DNA of 64,000 nt from Actinomycetota bacterium (GCA_030019255.1 JASEFK010000006.1:154553-218552), one strand, 5' to 3'. Shown: positions 24,988-37,396, numbered from the stretch's first letter. A program made the numbers and translations. The notes: generated by a model from the letters alone, not told the origin.

Positions 24988-26829
24988 ATGGATAAAAAGA
25001 AAAGGCTGGTGATGGTAACCGACACCACCCTCCGGGACGCCCATCAGTCCCTGTGGGCCACCCGTATGCGCCTCACCGACATACTACCCATCGCCGAGCG
25101 CATCGACGAGGTAGGTTACCATTCCGTGGAGGTCTGGGGCGGGGCCACCTTCGACGTCTGCATGCGTTACCTCAACGAGGACCCCTGGGACCGCCTGTAC
25201 CGCATCCGGGAGAAATTCAAGCGAACCAAGCTCCAGATGCTCCTGCGCGGCCAGAACCTGGTGGCCTACCGTAACTTTGCCGACGACCTGGTGGAGGAAT
25301 TCATCAAGCGGGCGGTAGCCGGGGGGATCGACATCATCCGCATCTTCGACGCCCTCAACGACGTGCGGAACATGCAGAAATCCATAGAGGTCACCAAGCG
25401 CGAGGGCGCCCACGCCCAAGGCACCATCTGCTACACCATAAGCCCGGTCCACACCATCGAGGGTTACGTGGAGACGGCCAAGACCCTGGTGGAGATGGGG
25501 GCCGACTCCATATGCATCAAGGACATGTCCGGCATCCTCGCCCCTTACGTGGCCTACGAACTGGTCAGGCGCCTCAAGGAAGCGGTGGAAGTGCCCGTCC
25601 AGCTCCATTCCCACGCCTCCACGGGAATGGCCTCCACTTCTTACCTGAAGGCCATCGAAGCGGGCGCGGACATCGTGGACTGCGCCGCGGCGCCGCTTGC
25701 CCTCTATACCAGCCAGCCGGCCATAGAGACCCTGGTGGCTTCCCTCAAGGACACGGAGTACGAGCTGGATTTGGACTTCGAGGCCATCCGCGACGTGTCG
25801 GAATACTTCGAGGTGGTGTCCAAGAAGCGCAAGCTGATGGGTGCCGAGCAGCCCCTCATCGACATCACAGTTATCTCCCACCAGATACCCGGCGGCATGG
25901 CCACCAACCTCATCGCCCAGCTGGAGCAGCAGAACGCCCTGGACCGCATGGAGGAGGTCCTGGAAGAGATTCCCAGGGTAAGAAAGGACATGGGCTACCC
26001 TCCCCTGGTAACCCCTACCAGCCAGCTGGTGGGAACCCAGGCCGTCTTCAACGTGCTCCTAGGGGAAAGATACAAGATAATCCCGCGCGAGATCGTCAAC
26101 TACGTGAAGGGCTATTACGGAAAACCTGCCGGGCCCATAAGCGAGGAGCTCATGGAGAAGGCGCTGAAGGGCGAGAAGCCCATCACCTGCCGGCCGGCGG
26201 ACCTCCTGGAGCCTGAGCTACCGAAGGCCAAGAGGGAGCTCGACCCCTCCCTGGTGGAGAAGGAGGAGGACTATATCTCCTACGCCATATTCCCGGACGT
26301 GGCCCTCAAGTTCTTCCAGTGGAGGAAGAACCCGGTCATCGACGAGGAGGAGGAGGAGCCCCCGCAGAAGGCCATGGAGAGGCGGGAAAGGGCCATGCTG
26401 GACGGGACCTACCTGGAGGAGCTTTCGGCGAAGCTGGCGGACGTGGTCAGCGAGGGGGTGAGCAGGGCCCTGCAAAACCTGACAGTGACCATAAGCTTGG
26501 GGGGGCAGGTCGCGGCGGCGGAGGCGGCCCCGGCCCCTTCCCGGCGGGCGCAGGTGGCGCAACTGGAAAGGGAGGAGCTGGGGTTGGTACAGGTGAGGTC
26601 CCCCATGGTGGGTACCTTCTACCGCACCCCCTCTCCCGGCGCGCCGCCCTTCGTGGAGGAGGGCGACGAGGTCAAGGAGGGCCAGACCCTCTGCCTCATA
26701 GAGGTCATGAAGCTCTTCAACGAGATACCCTCCCCAGTGGACGGCCGGGTGAAGCGCATCCTGGCCGAGCACGGCAAGGGCGTGGAATACGACGAAGTGC
26801 TCATGGAAATCGAGCCCTCGGGAGGGTAG
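24988..26829 (+). CDS. pycB: Pyruvate carboxylase subunit B / OadA-type carboxyltransferase with biotin carrier domain
   Basis: DTTLRDAHQSL, WGGATFD, QMLLRGQN, CIKDM, HSH, QIPGGM, YPPLVTPTSQ, C-terminal IEVMKL. Confidence 0.88.
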   Translation: MDKKKRLVMVTDTTLRDAHQSLWATRMRLTDILPIAERIDEVGYHSVEVWGGATFDVCMRYLNEDPWDRLYRIREKFKRTKLQMLLRGQNLVAYRNFADDLVEEFIKRAVAGGIDIIRIFDALNDVRNMQKSIEVTKREGAHAQGTICYTISPVHTIEGYVETAKTLVEMGADSICIKDMSGILAPYVAYELVRRLKEAVEVPVQLHSHASTGMASTSYLKAIEAGADIVDCAAAPLALYTSQPAIETLVASLKDTEYELDLDFEAIRDVSEYFEVVSKKRKLMGAEQPLIDITVISHQIPGGMATNLIAQLEQQNALDRMEEVLEEIPRVRKDMGYPPLVTPTSQLVGTQAVFNVLLGERYKIIPREIVNYVKGYYGKPAGPISEELMEKALKGEKPITCRPADLLEPELPKAKRELDPSLVEKEEDYISYAIFPDVALKFFQWRKNPVIDEEEEEPPQKAMERRERAMLDGTYLEELSAKLADVVSEGVSRALQNLTVTISLGGQVAAAEAAPAPSRRAQVAQLEREELGLVQVRSPMVGTFYRTPSPGAPPFVEEGDEVKEGQTLCLIEVMKLFNEIPSPVDGRVKRILAEHGKGVEYDEVLMEIEPSGG

Positions 26830-26833
26830 AAAC

Positions 26834-28174
<1,341 letters not shown>

Positions 28175-28283
28175 GACGGAGGGACACAGCTCTTCGGGAC
28201 GGCACGAACCTCGCCCCCTGGAACCCGGTGCTCCGGGAAAGAACGCACCTACAGCTTTATATATTTTCTTCCAAAGGTCCGGC

Positions 28284-29180
28284 CTAGCCCCGCTCCGGGA
28301 CCCACGCCCGGCGGATGACCATGGCCCCGGCCAGGATGATGAGCAGACCTCCTGCCAAATCCTGCCATCCCATGCTCTCCCCCAGGAACAGCAGGCCATA
28401 GAGCATAGCGCTGGCCGGCTCAAGGTAGGCGATGATCCCCACGTGTTGAGCCTTCACCTTCTTCACCGCGAACACGTACAGCAGGCCCGCCAGCCCGGTG
28501 TGCACTAGGCCCAGCACGATCAGGGACGCCCAACCCCGCGGGGAGACCGTGAAATCGCGGAAAGCGCAGAAAGGCAGGAGCAAGGATGCGTTGACCGCCG
28601 TCTGGTAAAAGGTCACGGTGAGGGTCGGGGTGTCCTCGCGAAGGTACTTGAGGATGAAGAGGAGCAGGGCATAAGATACCGCCGAGCACAGGGCATAGGT
28701 TATTCCCGCCGCCGGAGAACCGGTCCCGGCCTTGGACCTGGTGAGCGAGATCAGCCCCATGCCCGCCAGGGCCAGGGCCAGGGCTAGCAGGGTCGTTCCC
28801 TCCAACCTCTCCCTGAGCACCAGGGGGGCCAGCAGCGCCACCAGCACCGGGGCGAGGTAGGTTATAAACTCCGCATCCCCGATGGGCAGGTTGTTCAAGG
28901 CCTTGAGGAAGAGCACCCAGTGCAGGGTGAGCAGCGCTCCGCTCGTCAGGAGGAGCACCGGGTGCCCGCCGAGCCGAAAATCCCCCGTCCTCCCGCTCAA
29001 GGCCATCACCGCCGCCAGGAAGGCCGCGCTGATCATGGAGCGGATGAAGACCACGAAATGTTCGCTGCCCGGAAGGTCTATCCACCGCAGGAAGACACCC
29101 ACCGACCCCCAGAGAGCCGCAGCACCGGCGATAAGGAGATATTCGAGACCCGCCGCTCCCCTTCCCTCCCTCGCTTCCAA
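28284..29180 (-). CDS. EamA/DMT family transporter
   Basis: About 10 TM segments in two repeats; LWGS, YLAP, YLEP motifs. Confidence 0.9.
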   Translation of the reverse strand: MEAREGRGAAGLEYLLIAGAAALWGSVGVFLRWIDLPGSEHFVVFIRSMISAAFLAAVMALSGRTGDFRLGGHPVLLLTSGALLTLHWVLFLKALNNLPIGDAEFITYLAPVLVALLAPLVLRERLEGTTLLALALALAGMGLISLTRSKAGTGSPAAGITYALCSAVSYALLLFILKYLREDTPTLTVTFYQTAVNASLLLPFCAFRDFTVSPRGWASLIVLGLVHTGLAGLLYVFAVKKVKAQHVGIIAYLEPASAMLYGLLFLGESMGWQDLAGGLLIILAGAMVIRRAWVPERG

Positions 29181-29344
29181 TCTTCCACTCTCCTTTCCCG
29201 TCGGTTCAACGTGTTCTGAAAATACTGCGTCGGCAACAAATCCGCGAGAAATTCTCCGCTTTCACCCCACCTGGTTGGTGGTAACCCTGATGACGGAGGG
29301 CTGGGGAGAGGAACCCACCCCGCGTTCCATCACCGGGAGGGGGA

Positions 29345-30475
29345 TCAGGCTGCCCTTATGGAGATGGATAACCGTCCTTCTTCGTTGAGTTCCCACTCGG
29401 CGATGGTGCTCTCGTTTCCGGAGGTGATCTCGTAGAAAGCCTGGGTCATGCCCACCATGAAAAGCTCCAGGCAGGCGTTGTGGAGCGTCATTTCCAGCTT
29501 CTTCCTATCCCCTTCCAGGGAAACCAGGTAACCCAGGCCCCTGCGGGCCATGTGCATCTTGAGCATGCCGGTTATGGTGGAGACCAGCTCCCGGTCCACC
29601 CTTTCGTGTATGTAGCGCCTGTGCGCCTCCACCACCGCCCTTCGAAGGGCCGGTCCGTGTTCCTCGGCCAAGTCATCGAACACCGCCTCCAGGGCCAGGG
29701 GGCCGAAGACGGCCACCCTCCTTCCGGTATCCGAGGCGGTGATGATCCCCCTCTCCAGGTCCCAATGGTACCCGGAGATGAGGGAGGGAACACCGCAGGA
29801 AGGGCACTTTTCGTGTTCCACGTCCCCGGCTACGAACTCGTACCTTTTTCTGCGCCTCAGCTTGCCCCCGAGCTCTACGGGGTGTTCGGAGGGAAAGAGG
29901 TGCAGCCTGAAGACGTCTTCTTCCATCTCCTCCCCCTCTATCCACATGTCCAAGCCCTCGAAGGCTTCGACGGTCCCCAGGATGTCCGCCTTCCAGAGGG
30001 GAACGGAATAAGGATACCTCATCACCAGCCGGCGCCATGGATAAGGCTCATCCTCCGCCCAGTCCACGGATACCTCCCCGTACCCGAAAACGCGGGCCAC
30101 GCCGGAGACCCTTTCCACCAGGTCCTCCCTTATCCGGACCACGAAATCGGCCATGGCCCGGCTGAGCGGAGAGTCCTTCGCCGTGGGTCCCGCATCGCCC
30201 AGAAGAAGGGTGTTCCGGATCTCGAAGGGAAAGCTCCTCTCGATGAACCTCCTGGTCTCCCTGCGCCGGCTCTCCACAACCATCGGCTCTATGCTCCGTC
30301 CCAGAATCCCCTCGATTCCCCGGAAGACGTTGTCTATGATGTTGGACTCGTAGATCACCATGCGGTTGTGAGGAGACTGGGCCAGGCTGATCACCCCGCC
30401 GCTTTCCCACCGCAGCTCGTTTCCCATCAGGGCGGGAACCCCGCACTGCTCACACCTTTCAATAGGTTGTGCCAT
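29345..30475 (-). CDS. Hypothetical protein with two internal CxxCGVP repeats (V4R/XylR-N-like?), paralogue 1
   Basis: CEQCGVP..W..GVI..HNRMV and CPSCGVP..WDLERGII..GRRVA; clear paralogue of the next gene. Confidence 0.8.
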   Translation of the reverse strand: MAQPIERCEQCGVPALMGNELRWESGGVISLAQSPHNRMVIYESNIIDNVFRGIEGILGRSIEPMVVESRRRETRRFIERSFPFEIRNTLLLGDAGPTAKDSPLSRAMADFVVRIREDLVERVSGVARVFGYGEVSVDWAEDEPYPWRRLVMRYPYSVPLWKADILGTVEAFEGLDMWIEGEEMEEDVFRLHLFPSEHPVELGGKLRRRKRYEFVAGDVEHEKCPSCGVPSLISGYHWDLERGIITASDTGRRVAVFGPLALEAVFDDLAEEHGPALRRAVVEAHRRYIHERVDRELVSTITGMLKMHMARRGLGYLVSLEGDRKKLEMTLHNACLELFMVGMTQAFYEITSGNESTIAEWELNEEGRLSISIRAA

Positions 30476-30839
30476 TCCGCCCGTGCCCCCCTTCACCAGG
30501 CTTTAATAACTTTGATAAGCATGTTCGGGTCTCCATCCTCCGAATACTCCCTTTCGTGGGAAAAATCCTCCACGCCGAGCGCGATCTCGAACCTACTTAT
30601 CTTCCTGTTTTGATTAATGACCGGTTTGCCAGCTTTACCTTGCTTAACGCTCTTCCCTTTCTTTACTCCCTCAAGCTTGCTTTCCGGGTGAAAGAGGGTT
30701 TGCATCTCTAGGGATTTATTCGCCTTCTCGCAGCCCGACCTTGAGTAAATGTCGGAAAGTCTTCCGGCGGATCGACCGGCAGCTCCTCGCGGGCCGCGCC
30801 CGGGGAGACATCCCTCAACCCGATATCTGAAGGATACCC

Positions 30840-31976
30840 CTAAAGAGTGACCTCTATCTCTAGGTCACCGTCGTCGCGCAGGCTCCATCTGACCTCGGAA
30901 TTCTCCCTGCCCATGGCGATCTCGTAAAGGGCCTGCGCCATGCCCACGTTCAGATAGGGCATACAGGCGTTATGGAGGGTCACCGAGAGGTGCTCTGTGT
31001 CCGCTTCGAATCTGGCCACGTAGCCCAGCCCCCTGAGGGCAGCCATGTGCATGAAATCGGTGCCCCTCTTCCTCCAGTTCTCACCCGCGACGCGCGATTT
31101 CACGTACCTCCTCTGGGCTTCCACGGCGGCTGCGGGCACCTCATCGCCCAGCTCCGCTTCCAGGTCCTGCAGGACGGCATCCACGGCATGGGGACCGAAG
31201 AGGGCCATCCTCCTCCCGCTATCGGTATCGGTTATGATTCCCCTGTCCAGGTCCCAGTTCAAGCGCTCAACTTCACGAGGCACGCCGCATCCCGGACAAA
31301 GGTCATAGTGGAGTTCACCAGGCTTGAAAGGGTAGCGCTTTCTCGCCAGGCGTTCCCGGAGAGCCACGGGGTGTTCTCCGGGCTGGACCTCGAAAAGATA
31401 GACTCCCTCCTCAAGTTCACGGTAGGTGACGCAGTGGTCCTTGCCCTCGAAGGCCTCCACGGAAGCCAGGCACTCCGCGGCGAAAAAGAGCACCGAATAG
31501 GGATTGTGGACTACGGTGGAGCGCCAGGGATGCACGTCACCCTCCTCCCACAGGGGACCCGGCCTGGAGTCCCCGTAACCGTATACCCTGCCTACCTCGA
31601 AGACCCTGCCGGCCAGAGCCTTTCCCAGCGGCCCGCGAACCGCCCGCGCCAACCCTTTCAATCCCGGCATCCCGCTGAGGCGCTCGTTGAGTGTCACCAA
31701 GGGCCGCCGTATCCAGGCGGGGAATACCCCCTCGATGTACTTCCTCACCTCCCGGCGCCGGCTCTCGATGACGATGTGCTCGATGGAAACGCCGATGAGC
31801 TCCTCGATGCCCCGGAAGAGATTGTCGATGATGTTGGACTCGTAAAGAACCATGCGGTTGTGGGGTGCCCTGGCCAGGTGAATGACCCCGTCGCTTCCCC
31901 ACCGCAGTTCCCTGCCAATGAAGAGCGGCACACCGCAGGAAGGGCATTTTTTCCTGAGTGAAGATCCTCCCGGCAT
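30840..31976 (-). CDS. Hypothetical protein with two internal CxxCGVP repeats, paralogue 2
   Basis: Shares PHNRMVxYESNIIDNxFRGIE, ESRRRE, VEAFEG, RGLGY and LHNAC with 29345-30475. Confidence 0.8.
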   Translation of the reverse strand: MPGGSSLRKKCPSCGVPLFIGRELRWGSDGVIHLARAPHNRMVLYESNIIDNLFRGIEELIGVSIEHIVIESRRREVRKYIEGVFPAWIRRPLVTLNERLSGMPGLKGLARAVRGPLGKALAGRVFEVGRVYGYGDSRPGPLWEEGDVHPWRSTVVHNPYSVLFFAAECLASVEAFEGKDHCVTYRELEEGVYLFEVQPGEHPVALRERLARKRYPFKPGELHYDLCPGCGVPREVERLNWDLDRGIITDTDSGRRMALFGPHAVDAVLQDLEAELGDEVPAAAVEAQRRYVKSRVAGENWRKRGTDFMHMAALRGLGYVARFEADTEHLSVTLHNACMPYLNVGMAQALYEIAMGRENSEVRWSLRDDGDLEIEVTL

Positions 31977-32083
31977 TTCCGGTTCCTCCCCCGGCTCTTT
32001 CCCCGGTGGGGTTATAAATATGCGCCATTCATTCCCTGCGCCTCTCCTCCTAAGAGGCGCCCGGTCCTTTTTACGCCGGGTTT

Positions 32084-32104
32084 AAGTTTATACCAAGTAA
32101 ACTT
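32084..32104. promoter_or_regulatory. Putative operator, copy 5 (AAGTTTA-TACCAAG-TAAACTT)
   Basis: Perfect 7-bp inverted arms with N7 spacer, about 110 bp upstream of the gene starting at 31976. Confidence 0.55.
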
Positions 32105-32305
32105 GTTGTCAACCACGCAGAGGCAGCCATCATCTTTACGGATTCCCGTGCGGTTTACCATGAACCTGCTGAAGGTGATGGAGATTTTCGTTGGGCGCAT
32201 GACCTGAGGAGGGCGGTAATGATCATATTCCGATGAGATCACCACGAGGTCTCGGCAGGCGATCTTCCCCTTCTCCTCCACGGCCCTGGTAGCGTTCCCC
32301 GCCGC

Positions 32306-32923
32306 CTAAGGGCCGCCGTAAGGCTCTTCCGATCCGGTTTCGTGTATCATCCATCTCTTTCCATCGTTGCGCAACCCCAGGCGGAACCGACTGCCCCCGC
32401 CGTCACGCAATAGTTCCACGTCCACGTAGGCCCTGGAGCCGGTCAGGTGCGAAAGATGCGTCTTCCAGCCCGTGACCGAATCCATCCGCTCCTTCATGAG
32501 GCTCAGGTATCCCTCGAAATCCCCTTCCTCCTTAAACCTAGAGGTGACGTGAAGCATCTCCCATGCCTCGCCCAGTCGGCCTTCGTTCAGGGTCAGTAGG
32601 TAATGTTCAACCGTCTCGACCGGCGCATGCGCTGCTTGGACGGCCAGAAAGGAGAAGGCGGCCAGGGCCAGCACGGCGAAGGCGGCGGCCATCATAATCC
32701 GGGCCAGCAAGCTCCAGGTTCTTCCGCCCATCCCCCCGGAAGGGGGACCGGAAAAGGCGGAAATGCCTTCAGAACCGACCTCTGGAATCGGGCCCGACGC
32801 TTCCTCTACCGCAGGCTCATGCGGCCCGCCTCCATCGGGAGATATTCCTTGCGTCCTCCCATGCTTTTCCTGATCGGCTCCCTTGCCCGGGCGATCGTCG
32901 TCCTTCCTCCTTCCATTCACCAT
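32306..32923 (-). CDS. Membrane-anchored hypothetical protein
   Basis: Disordered N-terminus, one TM helix, then a PVETVEHYL..AWEML..WMI domain. Confidence 0.6.
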   Translation of the reverse strand: MVNGRRKDDDRPGKGADQEKHGRTQGISPDGGGPHEPAVEEASGPIPEVGSEGISAFSGPPSGGMGGRTWSLLARIMMAAAFAVLALAAFSFLAVQAAHAPVETVEHYLLTLNEGRLGEAWEMLHVTSRFKEEGDFEGYLSLMKERMDSVTGWKTHLSHLTGSRAYVDVELLRDGGGSRFRLGLRNDGKRWMIHETGSEEPYGGP

Positions 32924-33403
32924 TACCTTCGCTCCTTGTAGGTCTTGAATGTCCACCTTGCCGCTTGGCCCTCTTTATCCGCTCCTCAAGCCGCTTCGAG
33001 CCTCCTTGTCCCTTCCTCGAGGAGATGCCTCTCCGGTAAGTCCTCCCAGCTTTCTCGCTTCTCCATCCCAGCCGACTTCCATACCTTTCCCGGGAGGCCG
33101 GAAAGGCGACCCTTCTTCCGCCACGCCGGTTAAAGAGTCGCCTGTGATGTATTTCTTCCATTCCATGGAAAAACTAAACCTGGCCATATTTTCATCGGAT
33201 TTTTCCACCGGAACTTTATCCGACCGAACCGTACGGGTAAAAGCCGTGCTTGGATAAATGCGACCGGTCTTCCCCGGCGGAACGATACACCCTGCGGGGT
33301 AATGATCTCCTTACCTGTGGGAAACCGGATTCCGGCGCCAACGACGTTCTTTCGCATAAAATATATCCATGATCAGTATTCGGAAAGGCGTGAGGGGGCC
33401 GTC

Positions 33404-34723
33404 ATGGAGGCAGGAAAACTGGCCGATGAGGCTGTAGAGGTGCTAAGCGCCTACCTACGCGTTGACACCACCAACCCACCCGGCAACGAGGCGGCCGGCG
33501 CTTCCTTCCTGGCGGGCGTCCTGCGCGACTACGGACTGGAATACCAGGTCTACGAGACGGCGCCTGGGCGTTCCTCGCTTCTCGCCCGCCTGCCGGGAAG
33601 CGGGGAGGGTAAACCCCTCGTCTTCCTCAACCACATCGACGTGGTGCCGGCGGACCCGGAAGGTTGGCAGGTGGCGCCCTTCTCCGGGGAGATAAGCGAC
33701 GGCTTCGTGTGGGGAAGAGGGGCCCTGGACATGAAGGGCATGGGAGTCATGCAGCTCATGGCCTTCATCGCCGTGGCCGGCGAAAACATTCCGTTGCGCA
33801 GGGACCTGGTTTTTTTGGCCGTCGCCGACGAGGAAGCGGGTGGATACGCGGGAGTGAAGCTCCTCCTGGAAAAGTATCCCAGGGAGCTGGAAGCGGACCT
33901 GGTGATCAACGAGGGAGGCTACGCCCTCCTGGACCTGGTTCCGGGAAAGCCCTTCTTCATGGTCGCCTGCGCCGAGAAATACGGGCTCTGGCTCCGCCTG
34001 CTCCAGCATGGCCAGGGCGGCCACGGTTCCATGCCCACAGGAAAGGGCGCCCTAGAGCTCCTGGTCGTTTCCCTGGCCCGTTTCCTGGAACACAAGAGGC
34101 CCCTCCGGATCAACCCGGTGATGCAGGCCTTCTTCGCCAGGCTGGCCGAATACTGGGAGGTCCTCAGGCCTTACCGTGAGGACGGGAAGGCGGAAACCCT
34201 GCTGCACATCATCGAGGAGAATAAACTAGACGCCGTACCGGCCCTCAACGCCGTGCTTCGCGATACCGCCAGCCTGAACGTGCTCCATGCCGGCAACAAG
34301 ATCAACGTCATCCCGGACCGCGCCGAGGCCTTCCTGGACTGCCGGCTCCTGCCGGAGACGGAGGCCTCGGAATTCGAAGATTTCGTGCGTAAGACCCTGG
34401 ATGGAGAGGACCCGGAAATCCATCACTACCTGGAAATGGAAAAATCTCCTCCCTCCCCCTGGGACGGCGAAATCTACCGCGTGGTGGAGGAGAGTATCCT
34501 CGAGTGCTATCCGGACGCCGTGGTCTCCCCTTTCATGCTCTCCGGCCTCTCCGATTCGCGCTTCTTCCGCGCCCGCGGGGTCCCCTGCTACGGCATTATC
34601 CCCGCGCGTATCGGCCTCTCCGACCTCCCCCGCATCCACGGCGCGGACGAGCGTATCTCCGTCCGGGACGTGCGAGATGGCGTGTTCTTCCTCCGTAACC
34701 TGGCCTTGCGGTTCTGCGCCTGA
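33404..34723 (+). CDS. M20 family metallopeptidase/amidohydrolase
   Basis: NPPGNE, HIDVVP, GRGALDMKG, DEE, INEG, GHGS, NVIP, HGADE. Confidence 0.93.
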   Translation: MEAGKLADEAVEVLSAYLRVDTTNPPGNEAAGASFLAGVLRDYGLEYQVYETAPGRSSLLARLPGSGEGKPLVFLNHIDVVPADPEGWQVAPFSGEISDGFVWGRGALDMKGMGVMQLMAFIAVAGENIPLRRDLVFLAVADEEAGGYAGVKLLLEKYPRELEADLVINEGGYALLDLVPGKPFFMVACAEKYGLWLRLLQHGQGGHGSMPTGKGALELLVVSLARFLEHKRPLRINPVMQAFFARLAEYWEVLRPYREDGKAETLLHIIEENKLDAVPALNAVLRDTASLNVLHAGNKINVIPDRAEAFLDCRLLPETEASEFEDFVRKTLDGEDPEIHHYLEMEKSPPSPWDGEIYRVVEESILECYPDAVVSPFMLSGLSDSRFFRARGVPCYGIIPARIGLSDLPRIHGADERISVRDVRDGVFFLRNLALRFCA

Positions 34724-34747
34724 GGTCCGGGTGCCGGGAAGCCGGTC

Positions 34748-35812
34748 CTACTGCAGGGCCACCATCTCGTGCAGGGTGGTACCCGTCTCCTCGACGGAAC
34801 GCCCATCATGGTTCACGCGGAGGGTAAAATCCGACTCGAAGCGGAACCATCCCGGGCGCATGAAACGGTTCACCAACCACTTGACGGCCGGGTTCATGAT
34901 CACCGGGTTGAGCTCGGAGAGGAAATCGTTGGCGTCTATGATGCGCCTCACGTCCAGTCGCAGGAAGACCCGGTCGGGGATTTCCATTTCCAGGAAAGTG
35001 GGATAGGTGCGGTTGGCTGCAGGATGGAAGTCCGGCGGCCCCTCCCTCAGCCGCATCTCCCCGGAGCTGAGAATCACCTCGCCTCCCCGGGCCAGCATGA
35101 GCGGCCTGGAGGCCTTCCCCCCGAAGCGTTTCCGCGTCTTCACGTAGGCGTAGAGCAGGGTGTGTTCCGGGGTGTACAGCCTTCCCCAGTACCAGAAGGA
35201 GAGGATGCGCCGCATGTCCGCGGTGACCACATTGTGGTCATGGTAGCCTATCCCCCGGGCCCGCAGGGTGGTGCCCCCGTAACGCACTGTTCCCTCCACT
35301 TCCGCCCGCGGCGCGGGGACCACCCAGGCGAAGTAACCGCGGTCCCCGTACCTGGTGAGACCCTTTCCGGGTTTCCATCCCGGGACCTGGCTGCGGAAAG
35401 TGAGGTCCGCTTCCATGCCCTCCTCGGCGATGTGCAGGTAGTGCACGGGCAAGTTGCCGCCCTCGGGAAACTCGGCGTAGCAGTGGTTGTCCCCCACCCG
35501 CACGTCACACTTCTCGGTGGAGGCCTTCAGCTGGGAGTGCGGGAACTTCTTGACCACGGAGAGCTTCTCTCCGTCCGGCTTATAGACATGCAGTTCTATG
35601 CCCGGCTTACGGGACATAAGTTCCGAGGCCTGGAGGAAACCAACCACCACGTGTCCGTCATCCAGGCGGGCGTCGAAATACCACCATTCCCCGTAGTAGC
35701 GGCTGCTCCTTGCTTCGGGATGCAGGGCGTTCTCTTCGGGAGTCAGAGGAATTATTTCCCCGTCCTTCTCCCCGGGACCTAACCACTCGTCGACAACCGG
35801 CTCTATCCTCAT
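34748..35812 (-). CDS. CrtC/lipocalin-like double beta-barrel protein
   Basis: EWWYFD, GYHDHN and WYWGR motifs of the CrtC/AttH-like family. Confidence 0.75.
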   Translation of the reverse strand: MRIEPVVDEWLGPGEKDGEIIPLTPEENALHPEARSSRYYGEWWYFDARLDDGHVVVGFLQASELMSRKPGIELHVYKPDGEKLSVVKKFPHSQLKASTEKCDVRVGDNHCYAEFPEGGNLPVHYLHIAEEGMEADLTFRSQVPGWKPGKGLTRYGDRGYFAWVVPAPRAEVEGTVRYGGTTLRARGIGYHDHNVVTADMRRILSFWYWGRLYTPEHTLLYAYVKTRKRFGGKASRPLMLARGGEVILSSGEMRLREGPPDFHPAANRTYPTFLEMEIPDRVFLRLDVRRIIDANDFLSELNPVIMNPAVKWLVNRFMRPGWFRFESDFTLRVNHDGRSVEETGTTLHEMVALQ

Positions 35813-36428
35813 CTCTACCTCCCTCTCCGAGACGCCTCGTGCCGTCACTCCGCCCTTTATGGACGGAAACCGTAAATGAAAACCTTCGGCCCACGGATCC
35901 ACCCGATTTCCCGCTTGCCTCTACCCACGATCCGCCAGGAGAGCCCTGGAACGACAGGGCAGGGACGCCTCGTCTCCTGGTACCATCCATTATAGACAAG
36001 ATCCCTTGTTCTGTTTTATGCTTATCCCGGGCTCCCCGTGAGTTCAAGGCATCTTCCAATCCCCCGAAGCTCGCCTTGATGCGGAAGCCTGGTGTGGATG
36101 ACACTGGTGGTTCCAACCCGGCCCCTCACCCGGACGCCCCTTCATTTCCCTCGACACAGGCCGGGCACAGGGATGTTCGCCATGTTCCGGGACCGGGGCC
36201 ATCCCTCCCCGGAAGCACTCACTTGCCCCCCGAGGCGCCGCGGGGCCCTGGCGGCCAGGCAAGGTGAGCCCCTGCCGGCTCCCTAAGTCGTTCCTCCTGG
36301 AAAAACCGGGGAAAGGGTGATCACATGGGAAGAGAGCGGCACCGGGCCTCTTGCCGCCGCGCGCGGGATATGGCGCCGCAAGGTGGTCGAGCGTCATCTT
36401 CCCGGTCAGAACCGGGGCCGGGAGGGGA

Positions 36429-37259
36429 TCACCTCGGCTTCCTGGCCCGGAGCCCCAGGCTCCTGACCCCGCGCAACAGGCGGTTTGCCTCCTCCAGGGG
36501 CAGCCCGAGTTCGGCGAGCAGCGCCTTGGCAGTAGGGTCGTTGCTCATGAGCTCGATGGGGAAGGGCGATTCCGCCACCACCTCCAGGTTCCGAAAGCCG
36601 GCCTGCTCGATCATCTCCAGGTAATCCTTCTTGAGGGCGGCGCCGGAGATGCAGCCCAAGTAGGCGGCCGTCGACTTCCGCACTGCCTCCGGGAGTTCCT
36701 CCTCCAGGACGATGTCCGAGACCATGAGCCTGCCGCCCGGCTTGAGCACCCGGTATGCCTCCCGGAAGACCCGGGGCTTGTCCGGGGAGAGGTTGATCAC
36801 GCAGTTGGAGATGATCACGTCCACCGAATTATTAGCCACCGGGAGGTTTTCTATCTCCCCCAGCCGGAACTCCACGTTGGAGTAGCCGCCGCGCCGCGCG
36901 TTTTCCCGTGCCCTCTCCAGCATCTCGGGGGTCATGTCCACGCCGATAACCCTGCCCTTTTCTCCCACCCGCCGGGCGGCCAGGAAGCAGTCCAAGCCGG
37001 GGCCGGAACCGAGGTCCAGGACCGTCTCTCCCTCCCGGAGGGAGGCCAGGGCCACCGGGTTTCCGCATCCCAAGCCGAGGTTGGCCCCCTCGGGGACGGA
37101 TTCTAACTCTTCCCTGGTATATCCAATGCGTATGCCGATCTCATCCGCCCGTGCGGGTCCGCAACAGCACAGCTGGGCAGAGCCACAGCAGGAAGATCCA
37201 TTTCCGGCGATAGCTCCGTATCCCTCCCTGACCACCTTCTTCACGTCCCTCTCCTCCAT
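36429..37259 (-). CDS. arsM: Arsenite S-adenosylmethionine methyltransferase
   Basis: SCCG...CCC N-terminus, NLGLGCGNP, VLDLGSGPG, ISNCVINL, GCISGA. Confidence 0.93.
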   Translation of the reverse strand: MEERDVKKVVREGYGAIAGNGSSCCGSAQLCCCGPARADEIGIRIGYTREELESVPEGANLGLGCGNPVALASLREGETVLDLGSGPGLDCFLAARRVGEKGRVIGVDMTPEMLERARENARRGGYSNVEFRLGEIENLPVANNSVDVIISNCVINLSPDKPRVFREAYRVLKPGGRLMVSDIVLEEELPEAVRKSTAAYLGCISGAALKKDYLEMIEQAGFRNLEVVAESPFPIELMSNDPTAKALLAELGLPLEEANRLLRGVRSLGLRARKPR

Positions 37260-37396
37260 CTCTTCCTCCTTATCCAATCGGGTTATCCTCGACCAATCGA
37301 GTTGTAAAACGCGTTCTTACCGCACCTGCAGGCAATAACGTCCACGGTGGTATCGACTCCCCCACCTCCACGGGAACCGGGTGGAAAAACGTCCGT

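Noticed and set aside
24988..26829. Na+-pumping oxaloacetate decarboxylase
   Set aside because: No oadB/oadG membrane subunits nearby; followed by a biotin carboxylase
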